A DNA stretch of 64,000 nt. Source: Eledone cirrhosa (Eukaryota). The DNA is taken from positions 37,572,001 to 37,636,000 of the forward strand of contig OZ024755.1 in NCBI GenBank assembly GCA_964016885.1, in the 5' to 3' direction. The notes under the pieces were generated by a model that saw only the letters and a program-made list of their open reading frames with translations, was not told the DNA's origin and did not search any database. Position 1 is the stretch's first letter. Each line of letters starts with the position of its first letter. The position numbers and the translations under genes are program-made. Positions 40,140-53,224 of this stretch are shown here, one piece after another.

Positions 40140-41105
40140 AGGGCAACATATCCATCTTGTGGGATATGCCAGTGATAACCGACCGAGAAATCACTGCCAA
40201 CAGACCAGATATCGTCATTTAAAACAAAACAGATCAGACATGTAGCCTTACAGATATTTCCATACCAGCTGACAAGAATACGTCTATAAAACCATATAGA
40301 GTACAAGAGAAGGCAGAACATTGTCAGATTGATTCATTGGAAGTTCTATCATAAGTATGACATGACCAGAAGTGAGAAATGGTATGAGCACCTACTGGAA
40401 AGGGTGGCTGAAAATAAACACTATAAGATCTTGTGGTACATGACCATCCAGTGCGACCATTTTATCGTGGCTAGAAAGCCTGACATTGTTGTCATAGAGA
40501 AGAAGAATAACAAGGCATGTATTGAGAATATTGCTTCACTGTAAGACCACAGGGTGAATGAGAAGAAGAGTGAGAAAGTTGAGAAATACCAGGAGCTGAA
40601 GAGAGAAATCTGGAAACTGTGGAGAGTCAGATATGTAGAAGTGGTACAGAGTGTGGATGGTGCATTGAGAGTAGTTAGTAAAAGGTTGTTTGAATGTCTT
40701 GAGAAGCTAGGAATTACCATTAGGACAGAATTGGGGCCAAAAAACAGCCTTGTTAGGAACAGTAAGAATTCTAAGGAGGATGTTAGAAAGTTGAAGGGGA
40801 AGGAATGATCCTAAAGACCTTTGGCCATTGACTATGACTCGCTCTTTTGGTATAGTGTCGGTATAACATGTGCCAGAACAAGGTCGTCCCGATTGTCATA
40901 GGAACACTGGGTACTAACTCAAAGAGTTTCCAAGGATGGTTAAAGAAGATTAGTCCAACCCCATTTTTTGGAACACTTCAAAAGGCATGCTTGCTGGGAA
41001 CAGCAAGAGTCCTCCGATACATCCTGAATATCTGAGGCTGCAGGTAACGGCTTGATATTCATTTGAATAAACTTTCCAGTTAAATAACATCAATGACTGA
41101 GACTC

Positions 41106-41150
<45 letters not shown>
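40140..41150 (+). mobile_element. R4/Dong-like (RLE) non-LTR fragments between (TAA)n tracts
   Basis: TDREITANRPDIV, KWYEH, KILW, ARKPDIVV, EKVEKYQEL, VVPIVIGTLG and KACLLGTARVLR. Flanked by (TAA)n at 40100 and 41107. Confidence 0.8.
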
Positions 41151-41154
<4 letters not shown>

Positions 41155-41595
41155 GATAATGATTTCTTTATTAACCACAAGGGTTTACATAAAGTAGACA
41201 TTAAGGACAGTGCAGGACAATGCATAATAATAATAATAATAATACTGATAATAATTTTTAATTTGAAAGTTAGAAGCACAAATGTTGTTTGACTATGAAA
41301 AATAGTTTAATAAATAGGGTATATAAACCGTAGAGACAGAAAAAATACACCATTTTGCCAGGCTACACTAAAGCACCACCAACAAATACTTCTGTTATTG
41401 GAAGCCTTATTAATCAGGCAGTATGTATACATAATCTAATTTAAGAACCATTGAGTGGTAGGAAGTTTTGAATTTGAAAGATTTGACAGTTAGAGGCATC
41501 AACGTTGTTTGACTATGAAATATAGTCTGACTGACTTGAGGGTAAACAACAACAACTACTACCATCAGCACTTCTATGTAATTCTATTTACTTAC

Positions 41596-41721
41596 CTTGG
41601 TTATCAACTAACATACGTAGAGCTCCTAATAGTTTGAACGTGACAGCTAGTATTGGGGTGGAAGAGAAGCTGAGAAGAACTTCAACAGTGCCAGCATTGA
41701 CTAGTTTAATTTTATTGGTTA
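41596..41721 (-). CDS. RAP1GDS1: RAP1GDS1 exon (126 nt): LTNKIKLVNAGTVEVLLSFSSTPILAVTFKLLGALRMLVDNQ
   Basis: TGCAG| acceptor and |GTAAG donor. FKLLG.LRML.D.Q signature. Confidence 0.95.
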
Positions 41722-42620
41722 CTGCAATAGAAAACATTATCATTACCATCCTCACCACCATCCTCACCAACATCCCTGCCACTATCAGCAGCAGCAACAG
41801 CAGCAACAGCACCCCACTGCCACTGTCAACCCAACCCCGGTGCCTAGCCATTTTTTACTTTTTTTATACCCACTCTGCTTCTTCCCATGTTCCCATGTTC
41901 CCATGCATAAAGTATTACCCTGATTTGAGGTCTCCCCAGTCTCGGCACCATAGGTGTTATATATATATCTATCAAAGTGCTACAGACAATATCTTACCCT
42001 TGAATTTTTATGTTACCGCTCCTCGTGAAATTTTAAAATTTATATAAGTAGAGCTGACAGCTAGACAGTAACACAAAGGAGACTGGGGTTGGCTGGGCAC
42101 ACTCACTGACATTCAGAGTTGACACTGCACTCGGTGGTCCTGTGGGAGCCCCTACACAGTCACAGTAGAAGAGGGAGACCGAAGTTGATATATATATTGA
42201 TGCCCTAAGGACAGACACTGGTCTTTGGGAGATGCAGGACATGGCGGCAATGATGAAGGGCAGACACTGCTGGAGAGAACTCGTCCATAGATCTAGGGAG
42301 GTTTACCCACCCTTGATAGATAGAGCTGACTTTAGGTTCTGATAGTCACTACCTGTAGCACTTTGATTAAACTATACTTTTCTCAGGTAATATGATTAAT
42401 TGCTTTACGTACTAATCAATATTTTCATACATATATTTCTACTCCTAACAATAAATTATAGTAGAGCTGGTTCTTCGTAAACCAAATGCACTGCTATTTC
42501 TAGCATTCACGTTGACCTGTCTGTATCCTCATATTATTACGTATCCTTGCCATGTGCATTCAAAATCTGTTTTGAAGCTATGAGGATAAGTCGTATATAA
42601 TGCATTTAGTAAGATGAAAC

Positions 42621-42697
42621 ATTCTACTGATGATTGACTGTTTCATCTTATGGTTCCTAGCATTTCTATTTTCACTCATGAAACAGCTGTAAAGAAT
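42621..42697 (+). ncRNA. Type I hammerhead ribozyme, intronic, antisense to RAP1GDS1
   Basis: ATTCTA CTGATGA T TGA C TG ... CA C TCA T GAAA CAGCTG TA AAGAAT. Stem III CAGCTG is palindromic. Confidence 0.65.
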
Positions 42698-43045
42698 ATT
42701 GAAATCTCGGAATTTTACCAGTCTTAAGTAAGTTTTTTACTTGCTATCTGGTTTGAAAATAATCGAAATTTTACCATCTATGTAAGTTCTTTGACTTGCT
42801 ATCTGATTTTTCTTTGGCAATGCATCTATGTGTATATATATGGATGGAAAGAATTGATCTTATAGCAATTTTTTTCTCTTAGATCTCTTATACCATTGCG
42901 CCTGTATAATTGTACAAACAGACATAATGTGGATGCATTTATCTAGACGATACCTTACCCGTGAATTTTTATTTATATTTTATATATATTATATGAATTT
43001 ATATATATACATAGGTAATGCTCTCTCTCTCTAAATATAAATAGA

Positions 43046-43083
<38 letters not shown>

Positions 43084-43470
43084 GATACTATATATATATA
43101 TTTCATCATCATCGATTAATGTCCATCTTCCACGCAAGCATGGGTTAGACGGGTCCCATTTAGAGGCAAGTTGGGTCGGGTGACCGTGTCTCACTCATAT
43201 AGGGATATTTCTGGCTGGTTTTCTACTGCTGGAAGCCCTTCCTAATGCCAACCACATTGACAGTATGTGCTGGATCCTTTTTGCCGTGTCTTTTACACAT
43301 CCACTTTACAGTGTGGGCTGGGCAGGGGGGTTACTGTATATATGCTTCAGCTTGTGCTCGTGGGAAGTTGGGTCTTCTGTATTACTGTGTATCGCCAGAG
43401 ATCCCTGTCATGTGCCATCACCTTTAGAGCTGCAATTGGGTAAGGTCGGCTTTTATCACCTCATCCTATT

Positions 43471-43506
<36 letters not shown>

Positions 43507-43668
43507 AAGAAGAAAGTGTGAAGTTGCAGATGTTAGGGTCCTTTATCAATTGAGTGCTATATATATTTCAATGACGATAGATATCGAGATTTTTCCAGAC
43601 AGCAATAATTGATTAAAAGGTAAAATTTCTGAGGCAATTTTGGGTGGAAGGTAGTGGACTAAAAAAAT

Positions 43669-43707
<39 letters not shown>

Positions 43708-43808
43708 TTTTTTTTTTTTTTTTAGTCCACTCTCAGACTATCCAGAGAATATCCAACTGATAAGGTAAGATTTTCCTGGGTATGTCTCTATTTATAAAAC
43801 AAACTTTG

Positions 43809-43871
43809 TATTTTATCTGAAGAAAGCGTACCAAAGTGTTTTGGTACCCTTGAAATATATATAATAAAATA
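43809..43871 (+). ncRNA. Type I hammerhead ribozyme (intact core), intronic, antisense to RAP1GDS1
   Basis: TATTTTAT CTGAAGA AAG C GTACCAAA gtgt TTTGGTAC C CTT GAAA TATATA TA ATAAAATA. Confidence 0.85.
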
Positions 43872-43933
43872 AATATGGTTTTATAATTATAGTTTCCATG
43901 TATTTAATATCATTGTATATATATATATATATA

Positions 43934-44137
43934 TAACGAAGGAAATGTGGTAAGGAACCAGGTGGACCATAACGCACCAAAGTACTCACTACTTAGGGTA
44001 GTAGAGTGGGTAATAGTAGAGTAGGACCCCGACGGCTGAGCTCAAGCCGTTTCGATGGCTAATTTTGAATTAGTCCAGCTAAGTCCAGAATTAGCCGTCG
44101 AAATGGCTTGAGCTCAGCCGTCGGGGTCCTACTCGTT

Positions 44138-44140
<3 letters not shown>
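43934..44140 (-). mobile_element. Same hairpin element in reverse orientation, in a RAP1GDS1 intron
   Basis: Reverse-complement match to 23496-23690. Flanked by (TA)n. Confidence 0.8.
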
Positions 44141-44180
<40 letters not shown>

Positions 44181-44265
44181 CACCTCTTCATTATTCCCTC
44201 AGAAGCTTGAAGAAAAGAGTTAATGTTGAAACATAAAGTGTGAAACATTGAAAATGAAGACTTAC

Positions 44266-44403
44266 GAGGAATAGCAAGGTTCCTTAAAGCACTTAGGATT
44301 GCATGTAGTAAGGGTATATTTGGTTCTTTACGGTCTTGCTGCTTAAGTAGATTTAACATTTTTGTAACAATGCCTTCTTCCACCAACAATAAGCAATGTT
44401 CAT
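44266..44403 (-). CDS. RAP1GDS1: RAP1GDS1 exon (138 nt): DEHCLLLVEEGIVTKMLNLLKQQDRKEPNIPLLHAILSALRNLAIP
   Basis: TTCAG| acceptor and |GTAAG donor. HA.LSALRNLAIP signature. Confidence 0.95.
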
Positions 44404-44488
44404 CTGAAAGAAGAAGAAAACTACATTAGCTGCTAAAGCAATTCTATCAACAAAGTTTGCACTGGCATTTCTTTTCCAATATTTATCT

Positions 44489-44667
44489 ACCTGCCACTAA
44501 GCCTCTACCCAGAGTCTGTCCAAGAATGTCATCCCTTTCACCTGCCACTAAGCCTCTACCCAGAGTCTGTCCAAGAATGTCATCCCTTTCACCTGCCACT
44601 AAGCCTCTACCCAGAGTCTGTCCAAGAATGTCATCCCTTTCACCTGTCACTAAGCCTCTACCCAGAA
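44489..44667. repeat. 51-bp tandem repeat, about 3.5 copies
   Basis: 17-aa periodicity PATKPLPRVCPRMSSLS. Confidence 0.9.
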
Positions 44668-44774
44668 TAAAATAAAGTACCAGTAATGAACTGGGTAATT
44701 GCTGGCCTTGTGCCTAAAGTAGAAACAAATATTTATCTATTTAGTGTGTATCATGAAAATTAAATATATAATGA

Positions 44775-47065
44775 TGGCACTCCATGTAGAGCTGTTACTT
44801 CATTGAATTGAGAGATCACAGCTCTGATACTATGGACATGTGGTTAAAATGTCTTAGGAAAGAATCACTGGAGAGTCACTCCAGGTGGAGCTGCTACTTC
44901 TCCCAATTGAGATATCACAGCTCTGATACTATGGACATGTGGTTAGGATGTCTCAGGAAAGAATCACTGGAGAGTCACTCAAGGTAGAGCTGCTACTTCT
45001 CCAAATTGAGAGATCACAGCTCCGATACTATGGCCAGGTGGTTAGAATGTCTCAGGAAAGAATCACTGGAAAGTCACTCCAGGTAGAGCTGCTACTTCTC
45101 CAAATTGAGAGATCACAGCTCCGATACTATGGCCAGGTGGTTAGAATGTCTCAGGAAAGAATTGCTGGAGAGTCACTCCAGGTAGAGCTGCTACTTCTCC
45201 CAATTGAGAGATCACAGCTCTGATACTATGGACAGGTGGTTAGAATGTCTCAGGAAAGAATTGCTGGAGAGTCACTCCAGGTAGAGCTGCTACTTCTCCC
45301 AATTGAGATATCACAGCTCTGATACTATGGACATGTGGTTAGGATGTCTCAGGAAAGAATCACTGGAGAGTCACTCAAGGTAGAGCTGCTACTTCTCCAA
45401 ATTGAGAGATCACAGCTCCGATACTATGGCCAGGTGGTTAGAATGTCTCAGGAAAGAATCACTGGAAAGTCACTCCAGGTAGAGCTGCTACTTCTCCAAA
45501 TTGAGAGATCACAGCTCCGATACTATGGCCAGGTGGTTAGAATGTCTCAGGAAAGAATTGCTGGAGAGTCACTCCAGGTAGAGCTGCTACTTCTCCCAAT
45601 TGAGAGATCACAGCTCTGATACTATGGACAGGTGGTTAGAATGTCTCAGGAAAGAATTGCTGGAGAGTCACTCCAGGTAGAGCTGTTACTTCTCTGAATT
45701 GAGAGATCACAGCTCTGATACTAGGGACAGGTGGTTAGAGTGTCTCAGGAAAGAATCACTGGAGAGTCACTCCAGGTAGAGCTGCTACTTCTCCAAATTG
45801 AGAGATCACAGCTCCGATACTATGGCCAGGTGGTTAGAATGTCTCAGGAAAGAATTGCTGGAGAGTCACTCCAGGTAGAGCTGCTACTTCTCCCAATTGA
45901 GAGATCACAGCTCTGATACTATGGCCAGGTGGTTAGAATGTCTCAGGAAAGAATCACTGGAAAGTCACTCCAGGTAGAGCTGCTACTTCTCCAAATTGAG
46001 AGATCACAGCTCCGATACTATGGCCAGGTGGTTAGAATGTCTCAGGAAAGAATTGCTGGAGAGTCACTCCAGGTAGAGCTGCTACTTCTCCCAATTGAGA
46101 GATCACAGCTCTGATACTAGGGACAGGTGGTTAGAGTGTCTCAGGAAAGAATCACTGGAGTGTCACTCCAGGTAGAGCTGCTACTTCTCCAAATTGAGAG
46201 ATCACAGCTCCGATACTATGGCCAGGTGGTTAGAATGTCTCAGGAAAGAATTGCTGGAGAGTCACTCCAGGTAGAGCTGCTACTTCTCCCAATTGAGAGA
46301 TCACAGCTCTGATACTATGGCCAGGTGGTTAGAATGTCTCAGGAAAGAATCACTGGAAAGTCACTCCAGGTAGAGCTGCTACTTCTCCAAATTGAGAGAT
46401 CACAGCTCCGATACTATGGCCAGGTGGTTAGAATGTCTCAGGAAAGAATTGCTGGAGAGTCACTCCAGGTAGAGCTGCTACTTCTCCCAATTGAGAGATC
46501 ACAGCTCTGATACTAGGGACAGGTGGTTAGAGTGTCTCAGGAAAGAATCACTGGAGAGTCACTCCAGGTAGAGCTGCTACTTCTCCAAATTGAGAGATCA
46601 CAGCTCCGATACTATGGCCAGGTGGTTAGAATGTCTCAGGAAAGAATTGCTGGAGAGTCACTCCAGGTAGAGCTGCTACTTCTCCAAATTGAGAGATCAC
46701 AGCTCTGATACTATGGCCAGGTGGTTAGAATGTCTCAGGAAAGAATTGCTGGAGAGTCACTCCAGGTAGAGCTGTTACTTCTCTGAATTGAGAGATCACA
46801 GCTCCGATACTATGAACATGTGGTTAGAATGTCTCAGGAAAGAATCACTGGACAGATTTTACTGGTGAAACCAGCAGGTAGGAGACCCAGGGGTTGACCC
46901 TGAGCAAGGTGGTGGGATAACATCCATGAGCTTGGCTGGTCACGTTTGAAGATCCAGCCAGATTAGTTGGAGATGGTTGCTTCTGACAGGACCCGCTGGA
47001 GGGAGTGTCTGAGGACCCTGCTCCCATGACCCTCTCAGGAATATGTGGGTGAAGAGAAGAAGGCC
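44775..47065 (+). mobile_element. RTE 3' fragment with a 99-bp segment amplified about 20-fold (44790-46850), then a normal RTE tail
   Basis: Unit encodes ESLQVELLLLQIERSQLRYYGQVVRMSQERIAG, the same segment as the single-copy RTE at 30365-31060. Confidence 0.88.
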
Positions 47066-47149
47066 TTAAATAAATTGTGACGTCAATCATAATATAGTCA
47101 TGTGACTTAACTACTGAACCTTACACTAGGCTTGTCATTTGTAGTACAT

Positions 47150-48172
47150 ATAGTATATACACACAGGTATATAGTATATATACACACAGGTATATAGTAT
47201 ATACACACAGGTATATAGTATATATACACACAGGTATATAGTATATATATACACAGGCACACAGTATATATACACACAGGTATATAGTATATATACACAC
47301 AGGTATATAGTATATATACTCACAGGTATATAGTATATATATACACAGGCACACAGTATATATACACACAGGTATATAGTATATATATACACAGGCGCAG
47401 TATATATACACACAGGTATATAGTATATATACCCACAGGTATATATACTATATACACACAGGTATATAGTATATATATACACAGGTATATAGTATATATA
47501 TACACAGGCACACAGTATATATACACACAGGTATATAGTATATATACACACAGGTATATAGTATATATATACACAGGCACACAGTATATATACACACAGG
47601 TATATAGTATATATACACACAGGTATATAGTATATATACTCACAGGTATATAGTATATATATACACAGGCACACAGTATATATACACACAGGTATATAGT
47701 ATATATACACACAGGTATATAGTATATATATACACAGGTATATAGTATATATACACACAGGTATATAGTATATATACACACAGGTATATAGTATATATAT
47801 ACACAGGTATATAGTATATATACACACAGGTATATAGTATATATACACACAGGTATATAGTATATATATACACAGGTATATAGTATATATACACACAGGT
47901 ATATAGTATATATACACACAGGTATATAGTATATATATACACAGGTATATAGTATATATATACACAGGCACACAGTATATATACACACAGGTATATAGTA
48001 TATATACACACAGGTATATAGTATATATATACACAGGCACACAGTATATATACACACAGGTATATAGTATATATACACACAGGTATATAGTATATATACT
48101 CACAGGTATATAGTATATATATACACAGGCACACAGTATATATACACACAGGTATATATATACTATATACAC
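47150..48172. repeat. AT-rich minisatellite (CACAGGTATATAGTATATATA variants) at the end of a piggyBac-like MITE
   Basis: Direct reading. The flank at 48160-48515 matches the MITE at 63163-63371 and is interrupted by a SINE. Confidence 0.85.
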
Positions 48173-48678
48173 ACTGTTGTATTTTCATGGTAAAGGCTTT
48201 ACTTCACATAATACTGAATCCGAGATTTATCGGTAGATGGTCGGACGCCATGCTTTCCAACATAGTTACGTCCCTTTACCATCTGAGTTCAAATCCCACC
48301 GGGGTTGACTTTGCCTTTCATCCTTACGGGGTCGATAAAATAAAGTACCAGTAATGCACTGGATAATTGCTGGCCTTGTGCCTAAAGTAGAAACAATTAT
48401 TTATTTTGATAACAATATCTTAACATCAGTATGAGTGGCTGGTTATGACTGGTTTGAACAGAAAAAGGTGAGTGAATTCTGCCCGGATAGGACCAGTTTA
48501 AATGCTAAAGGACTAATCTTCCTGCCATTTCCAAGATCTAGCTCAACATCCTCTTCATCTGCACCTCATCACCTTCACTGTAGCTGCCATATTATAATCT
48601 GTTCATACCACTTCACTTCTGATGTACCCACCCATATTGTACATTTGATGGACTTCACTCTAAACCCTTCCTCTACAC

Positions 48679-50651
48679 CAGTGGTTCGCAAAGTGGGTTC
48701 CGCGGAACCCTAGTTTCCGTGAAGCAAGGCCAGGGGTTCCGTAAGGCGCAAGTTGAAGTTTACTATAAAAATAAAGACTAACAAGTTGTAACATATATGA
48801 TCGGTATATACTCCCCCATATAAACATGCAAACAGTGTTACACTGCGGAGCTCTCAGCCAAATTGTTCAGTTGGGTTGTAGTATTCCATTATTAAGGGTG
48901 TACTGTGTAGTATTCCATTATTAAGGGTGTACTGTGTAGTATTCCATTATTAAGGGTCTACTGTGTAGTATTCCATTATTAAGGGTGTGCTGTGTAGTAT
49001 TCCATTATTAAGGGTCTACTGTGTAGTATTCCATTATTAAGGGTGTACTGTGTAGTATTCCATTATTAAGGGTCTACTGTGTAGTATTCCATTATTAAGG
49101 GTGTACTGTGTAGTATTCCATTAAGGGTCTACTGTGTAGTATTCCATTATTAAGGGTGTACTGTGTAGTATTCCATTATTAAGGGTCTACTGTGTAGTAT
49201 TCCATTATTAAGGGTCTACTGTGTAGTATTCCATTATTAAGGGTGTACTGTGTAGTATTCCATTAAGGGTGTACTGTGTAGTATTCCATTAAGGGTCTAC
49301 TGTGTAGTATTCCATTATTAAGGGTCTACTGTGTAGTATTCCATTATTAAGGGTGTACTGTGTAGTATTCCATTATTAAGGGTCTACTGTGTAGTATTCC
49401 ATTATTAAGGGTCTACTGTGTAGTATTCCATTATTAAGGGTCTACTGTGTAGTATTCCATTATTAAGGGTCTACTGTGTAGTATTCCATTATTAAGGGTC
49501 TACTGTGTAGTATTCCATTATTAAGGGTGTACTGTGTAGTATTCCATTAAGGGTCTACTGTGTAGTATTCCATTATTAAGGGTGTACTGTGTAGTATTCC
49601 ATTATTAAGGGTCTACTGTGTAGTATTCCATTATTAAGGGTCTACTGTGTAGTATTCCATTATTAAGGGTCTACTGTGTAGTATTCCATTATTAAGGGTG
49701 TACTGTGTAGTATTCCATTATTAAGGGTGTACTGTGTAGTATTCCATTATTAAGGGTGTACTGTGTAGTATTCCATTATTAAGGGTCTACTGTGTAGTAT
49801 TCCATTATTAAGGGTCTACTGTGTAGTATTCCATTATTAAGGGTGTACTGTGTAGTATTCCATTATTAAGGGTCTACTGTGTAGTATTCCATTATTAAGG
49901 GTGTACTGTGTAGTATTCCATTATTAAGGGTCTACTGTGTAGTATTCCATTATTAAGGGTGTACTGTGTAGTATTCCATTATTAAGGGTGTACTGTGTAG
50001 TATTCCATTATTAAGGGTCTACTGTGTAGTATTCCATTATTAAGGGTGTACTGTGTAGTATTCCATTATTAAGGGTGTACTGTGTAGTATTCCATTATTA
50101 AGGGTCTACTGTGTAGTATTCCATTATTAAGGGTGTACTGTGTAGTATTCCATTATTAAGGGTCTACTGTGTAGTATTCCATTATTAAGGGTGTACTGTG
50201 TAGTATTCCATTATTAAGGGTCTACTGTGAGCACCGTGTAATACTCAGAATTATAATCAGATTTATAACTTTTTACAATAAACTTACATATTTGAATCTC
50301 TCATTTGAATATTTAAGTTCTCTCTTAAACGTAACATAGGTACCAAGTCTCACACGATGAACATGTGCTGTATGCTGTGTCAATAAATGTTTGCTCCTTG
50401 TCGAGTTTATTTTTGAGTTTTATTAAAATTTTTATTTTCAAAGCCCTTCAATGGATCGATGGTTAAAAAAACAAGAAATTCGTAAAGGAACTGAAATTAC
50501 AAGAAATACAAAAACAAAATCTTCTATAGAAGATACAGAAATTGCTGAACATGCAGCACAACCTTCCGCAACCACTAGTTTAATTCATGTGCAAGGGGTT
50601 CCACGATAATATCAAGGGGTTCCACGATAAAAAAAAGTTGGGGAACCACAG
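48679..50651. mobile_element. hAT (Charlie-like) non-autonomous element with 8-bp TSD CTCTACAC
   Basis: TIRs CAGTGGTTCGCAA / TTGGGGAACCACAG. TSD at 48671-48678 and 50652-50659. Subterminal GGGGTTCC repeats. Confidence 0.88.
48877..50228. repeat. 29-bp satellite TACTGTGTAGTATTCCATTATTAAGGGT(G/C), about 45 copies, inside the hAT element
   Basis: Period counted directly. Some units are 26 bp. Confidence 0.97.
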
Positions 50652-51227
50652 CTCTACACAAACCACTAATAACATAGAAGAAATAAATGTAATGATGATG
50701 ATGATGATGTGGTTATAAACTTTAAGATACTGATGTTAATACTGAATATCTGGATGTTTGTTGTCTGATGCTAGAGTGTGTGTGACACACTATATATATG
50801 TGTGTATATATATATATAAGTTACATACATGTATATATATATATATATTTCATTTTATGTCCGCTTTTCCCTGCTTGCAAGAGTGGGACAGGAACTGATG
50901 CTGGCTTGATTTCTACAGCTGGATGCCCTTCCTAACACCAACCTCATTTACAGTGAGTGCTGGGTGCTTTTTTGCCGTGGCACCTCCACGACCACTTTGC
51001 AGTGGAATGATAGGGACCCCAGTCCCTATCATCTCATTTCTACAGCTGAGTAAACTGGAGCAATGTGAAATAAAGTGTCTTGCTCAAGGAAACAACACAT
51101 CACCCGGTTTGAGAATTGAACTCACAACCTTTCGATTGCAAGGCCAATGCTCTAACCACTAAGCCATGTGCCTCCATATATATATATATTTATATATATA
51201 TAACTCATATATATATATATATAAGTT

Positions 51228-51269
<42 letters not shown>

Positions 51270-51318
51270 GTATGTAAAAGGTAAACAGAAATAACACAAA
51301 CAATACAGTATATGGAAG

Positions 51319-51358
<40 letters not shown>

Positions 51359-51639
51359 GTGTCTTTCCGTGTGTGCATGTGTATGTGTTTCTCTGCATGT
51401 GCATGTGTGCATGTGTGCAGTCGAAAGGTTGAATTTAATTGGTCTCAGATAAAAAAAGATTGCCAAGTCACCAGTTGATAGTTTTAGAAAGAAACATAAT
51501 ACACACACACCACAAATATACACAACACAACCTTGGCGGGATTTGAACTCACATCATAAAGGGCCATAACTCTATGCTGCAAAGCATGGCGTCCGACCCT
51601 CTACCAATACTGCCAATCCACCGCCCTAATAATAATAAT

Positions 51640-51831
51640 AATTGTTTCTACTTTTGGCACAAGGCCAGCAAATACCCCAGTGTATTACTGGTACTTTATT
51701 TTATCAACCCCCGTAAGGATGAAAGGCAAAGTTAACCTCGGCGGGATTTGAACTCAGAATGGCAAGGGACGTAACTCTATGCGTCAAAGCATGGCGTCCG
51801 ACCCTCTACCGATACTGCCAATCCACCGCCC
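51640..51831 (-). mobile_element. tRNA-derived SINE family A (representative copy)
   Basis: Minus strand has A box TGGCAGTATCGG, B box GAGTTCAAATCC and central GCCTTTCATCCTTACGGGG.TGATAAAATAAAGTACC. Other copies at about 1850-1960, 4633-4850, 16920-17105, 19508-19622, 24590-24772, 34415-34560, 37118-37290, 39670-39890, 39910-40098, 48229-48397, 51530-51627, 60990-61238 and 63390-63580. Confidence 0.85.
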
Positions 51832-52388
51832 TAATAATAATAATAATTGCTTCTACTTGTAAGTACTAATTTAGTGTTGGAGTTGATAACATTGACAGTT
51901 ACCTCCCTGCAAACTGGCGACCTTGTGATTATGTGAGAAACCATCAACATAATTACTATTGTCATTATTATTGTGACTTTTGAATTAGATTAGTTGAAAA
52001 AGATGACATCATGGGTACCACCTCCAGTTGATATACCCACAGGGTTTCATTAGTTCACTAGTTCATCTTTACTCTGCCAACCCACCTTCATTAATTACAA
52101 CTGAACCAGTCATCATATCATGGTACATATAAATTTACATGTGTGTGTGTGTGTGCGTGTATGTTCTTCTGGTTTTATAATTTTACAAAGTTTTACCAAT
52201 AGAGAGAGAGTCGGTTTCTAACATTGACACAAGACTCTCTCATTGGAATTTACACAACATTAACTAGGTAGATATGTATGTCTGCATGCATGTGTAGATA
52301 TGGATGTTATTATATGTGTGGATGTGTATGTTTTGAGTTGTATGTGTGCATGTGTATATGCTTTGTATCTGTACATGTGTATATGCAG

Positions 52389-53186
52389 TTATTGGATGCA
52401 CAATTTTTGGAATGTTTTACATATTTTTACTGTTCCATTAATGGATTGTACTTGTAATTTCTTAACTAGTTGTGTTCTTTCTGTTCCTGTGAAGCCTAGC
52501 TTCTCAAGATTTGTATTGAGGCAGTTACTAACATATCCCAGTGCCCCAATAATCACAGGCATAAATCTGAAGGTGTAATCAGGGTGGAGTATCTGCAGAT
52601 TTCTCATCAGTTCTGCATAAATATTCTCCTTTTCACTAATCTTTGATATTATATTGGCATCTGCTGGGCAGCTAACTTCCACTACTGTGCATGTTTTCTT
52701 CTCCCTGTGCCATATCATAATATCTGGTCTGTTATGCCTGCATTTTATTGGGGTTTTTACTGGAACATTGCACCAGTACTCTTTCATATTATGTACATGG
52801 ATGTCTTCCACATTGTTGTAGTTTTTAATGTGTTTATTATCGGGGCTATCTTTTTTACGAACTGCATTGTACAGTGTTTTGGCCACTACATCATGCCTCA
52901 TAGGTAGATAGTACCGCGATGACATCTTTGGGCAGCTGCTGATGACATGGGTGATATCCTCGATGTTAGTTCTGCAGAGTCTGCACTTGTTATCACATCT
53001 AGGTGTTTTGCCTGCATCCCTATCTCTTTTGTGAATCAGGTATTTCGTGCTAATCTCCTGTTCTTGGATTGCAAAAGCGTATCCTTCAAAGTGGGAGCCA
53101 ATATAGCGGTTGTTGGTCCAAGATAGACTACTTTCCTTATCTATATTACTCTCACTCTGGAGCTTCCTGGCAACATATCCATGCAT
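52389..53186 (-). mobile_element. 5'-truncated R4/Dong/NeSL-type non-LTR retrotransposon; intact 265-aa C-terminal CCHC knuckle + restriction-like endonuclease
   Basis: CRLC....EDITHVISSC, Y..RHD.V, HNRPDI...VVEVSCP, EKENIY..L and PVIIGALG motifs. Confidence 0.9.
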
Positions 53187-53224
53187 ATATGTATGTAAGT
53201 ATCTCTCTCTATATATATATCATC

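Noticed and set aside
43530-43620. Minus-strand hammerhead-like fold (CTGGAAA...GAAA TATATA)
   Set aside because: The core has two changes and the UH register is off. Kept only as a possible relic.
44939-46708. Repeated 61-94 aa ORFs as a tandem gene family
   Set aside because: They are 99-bp units from an RTE C-terminus with recurrent stops.
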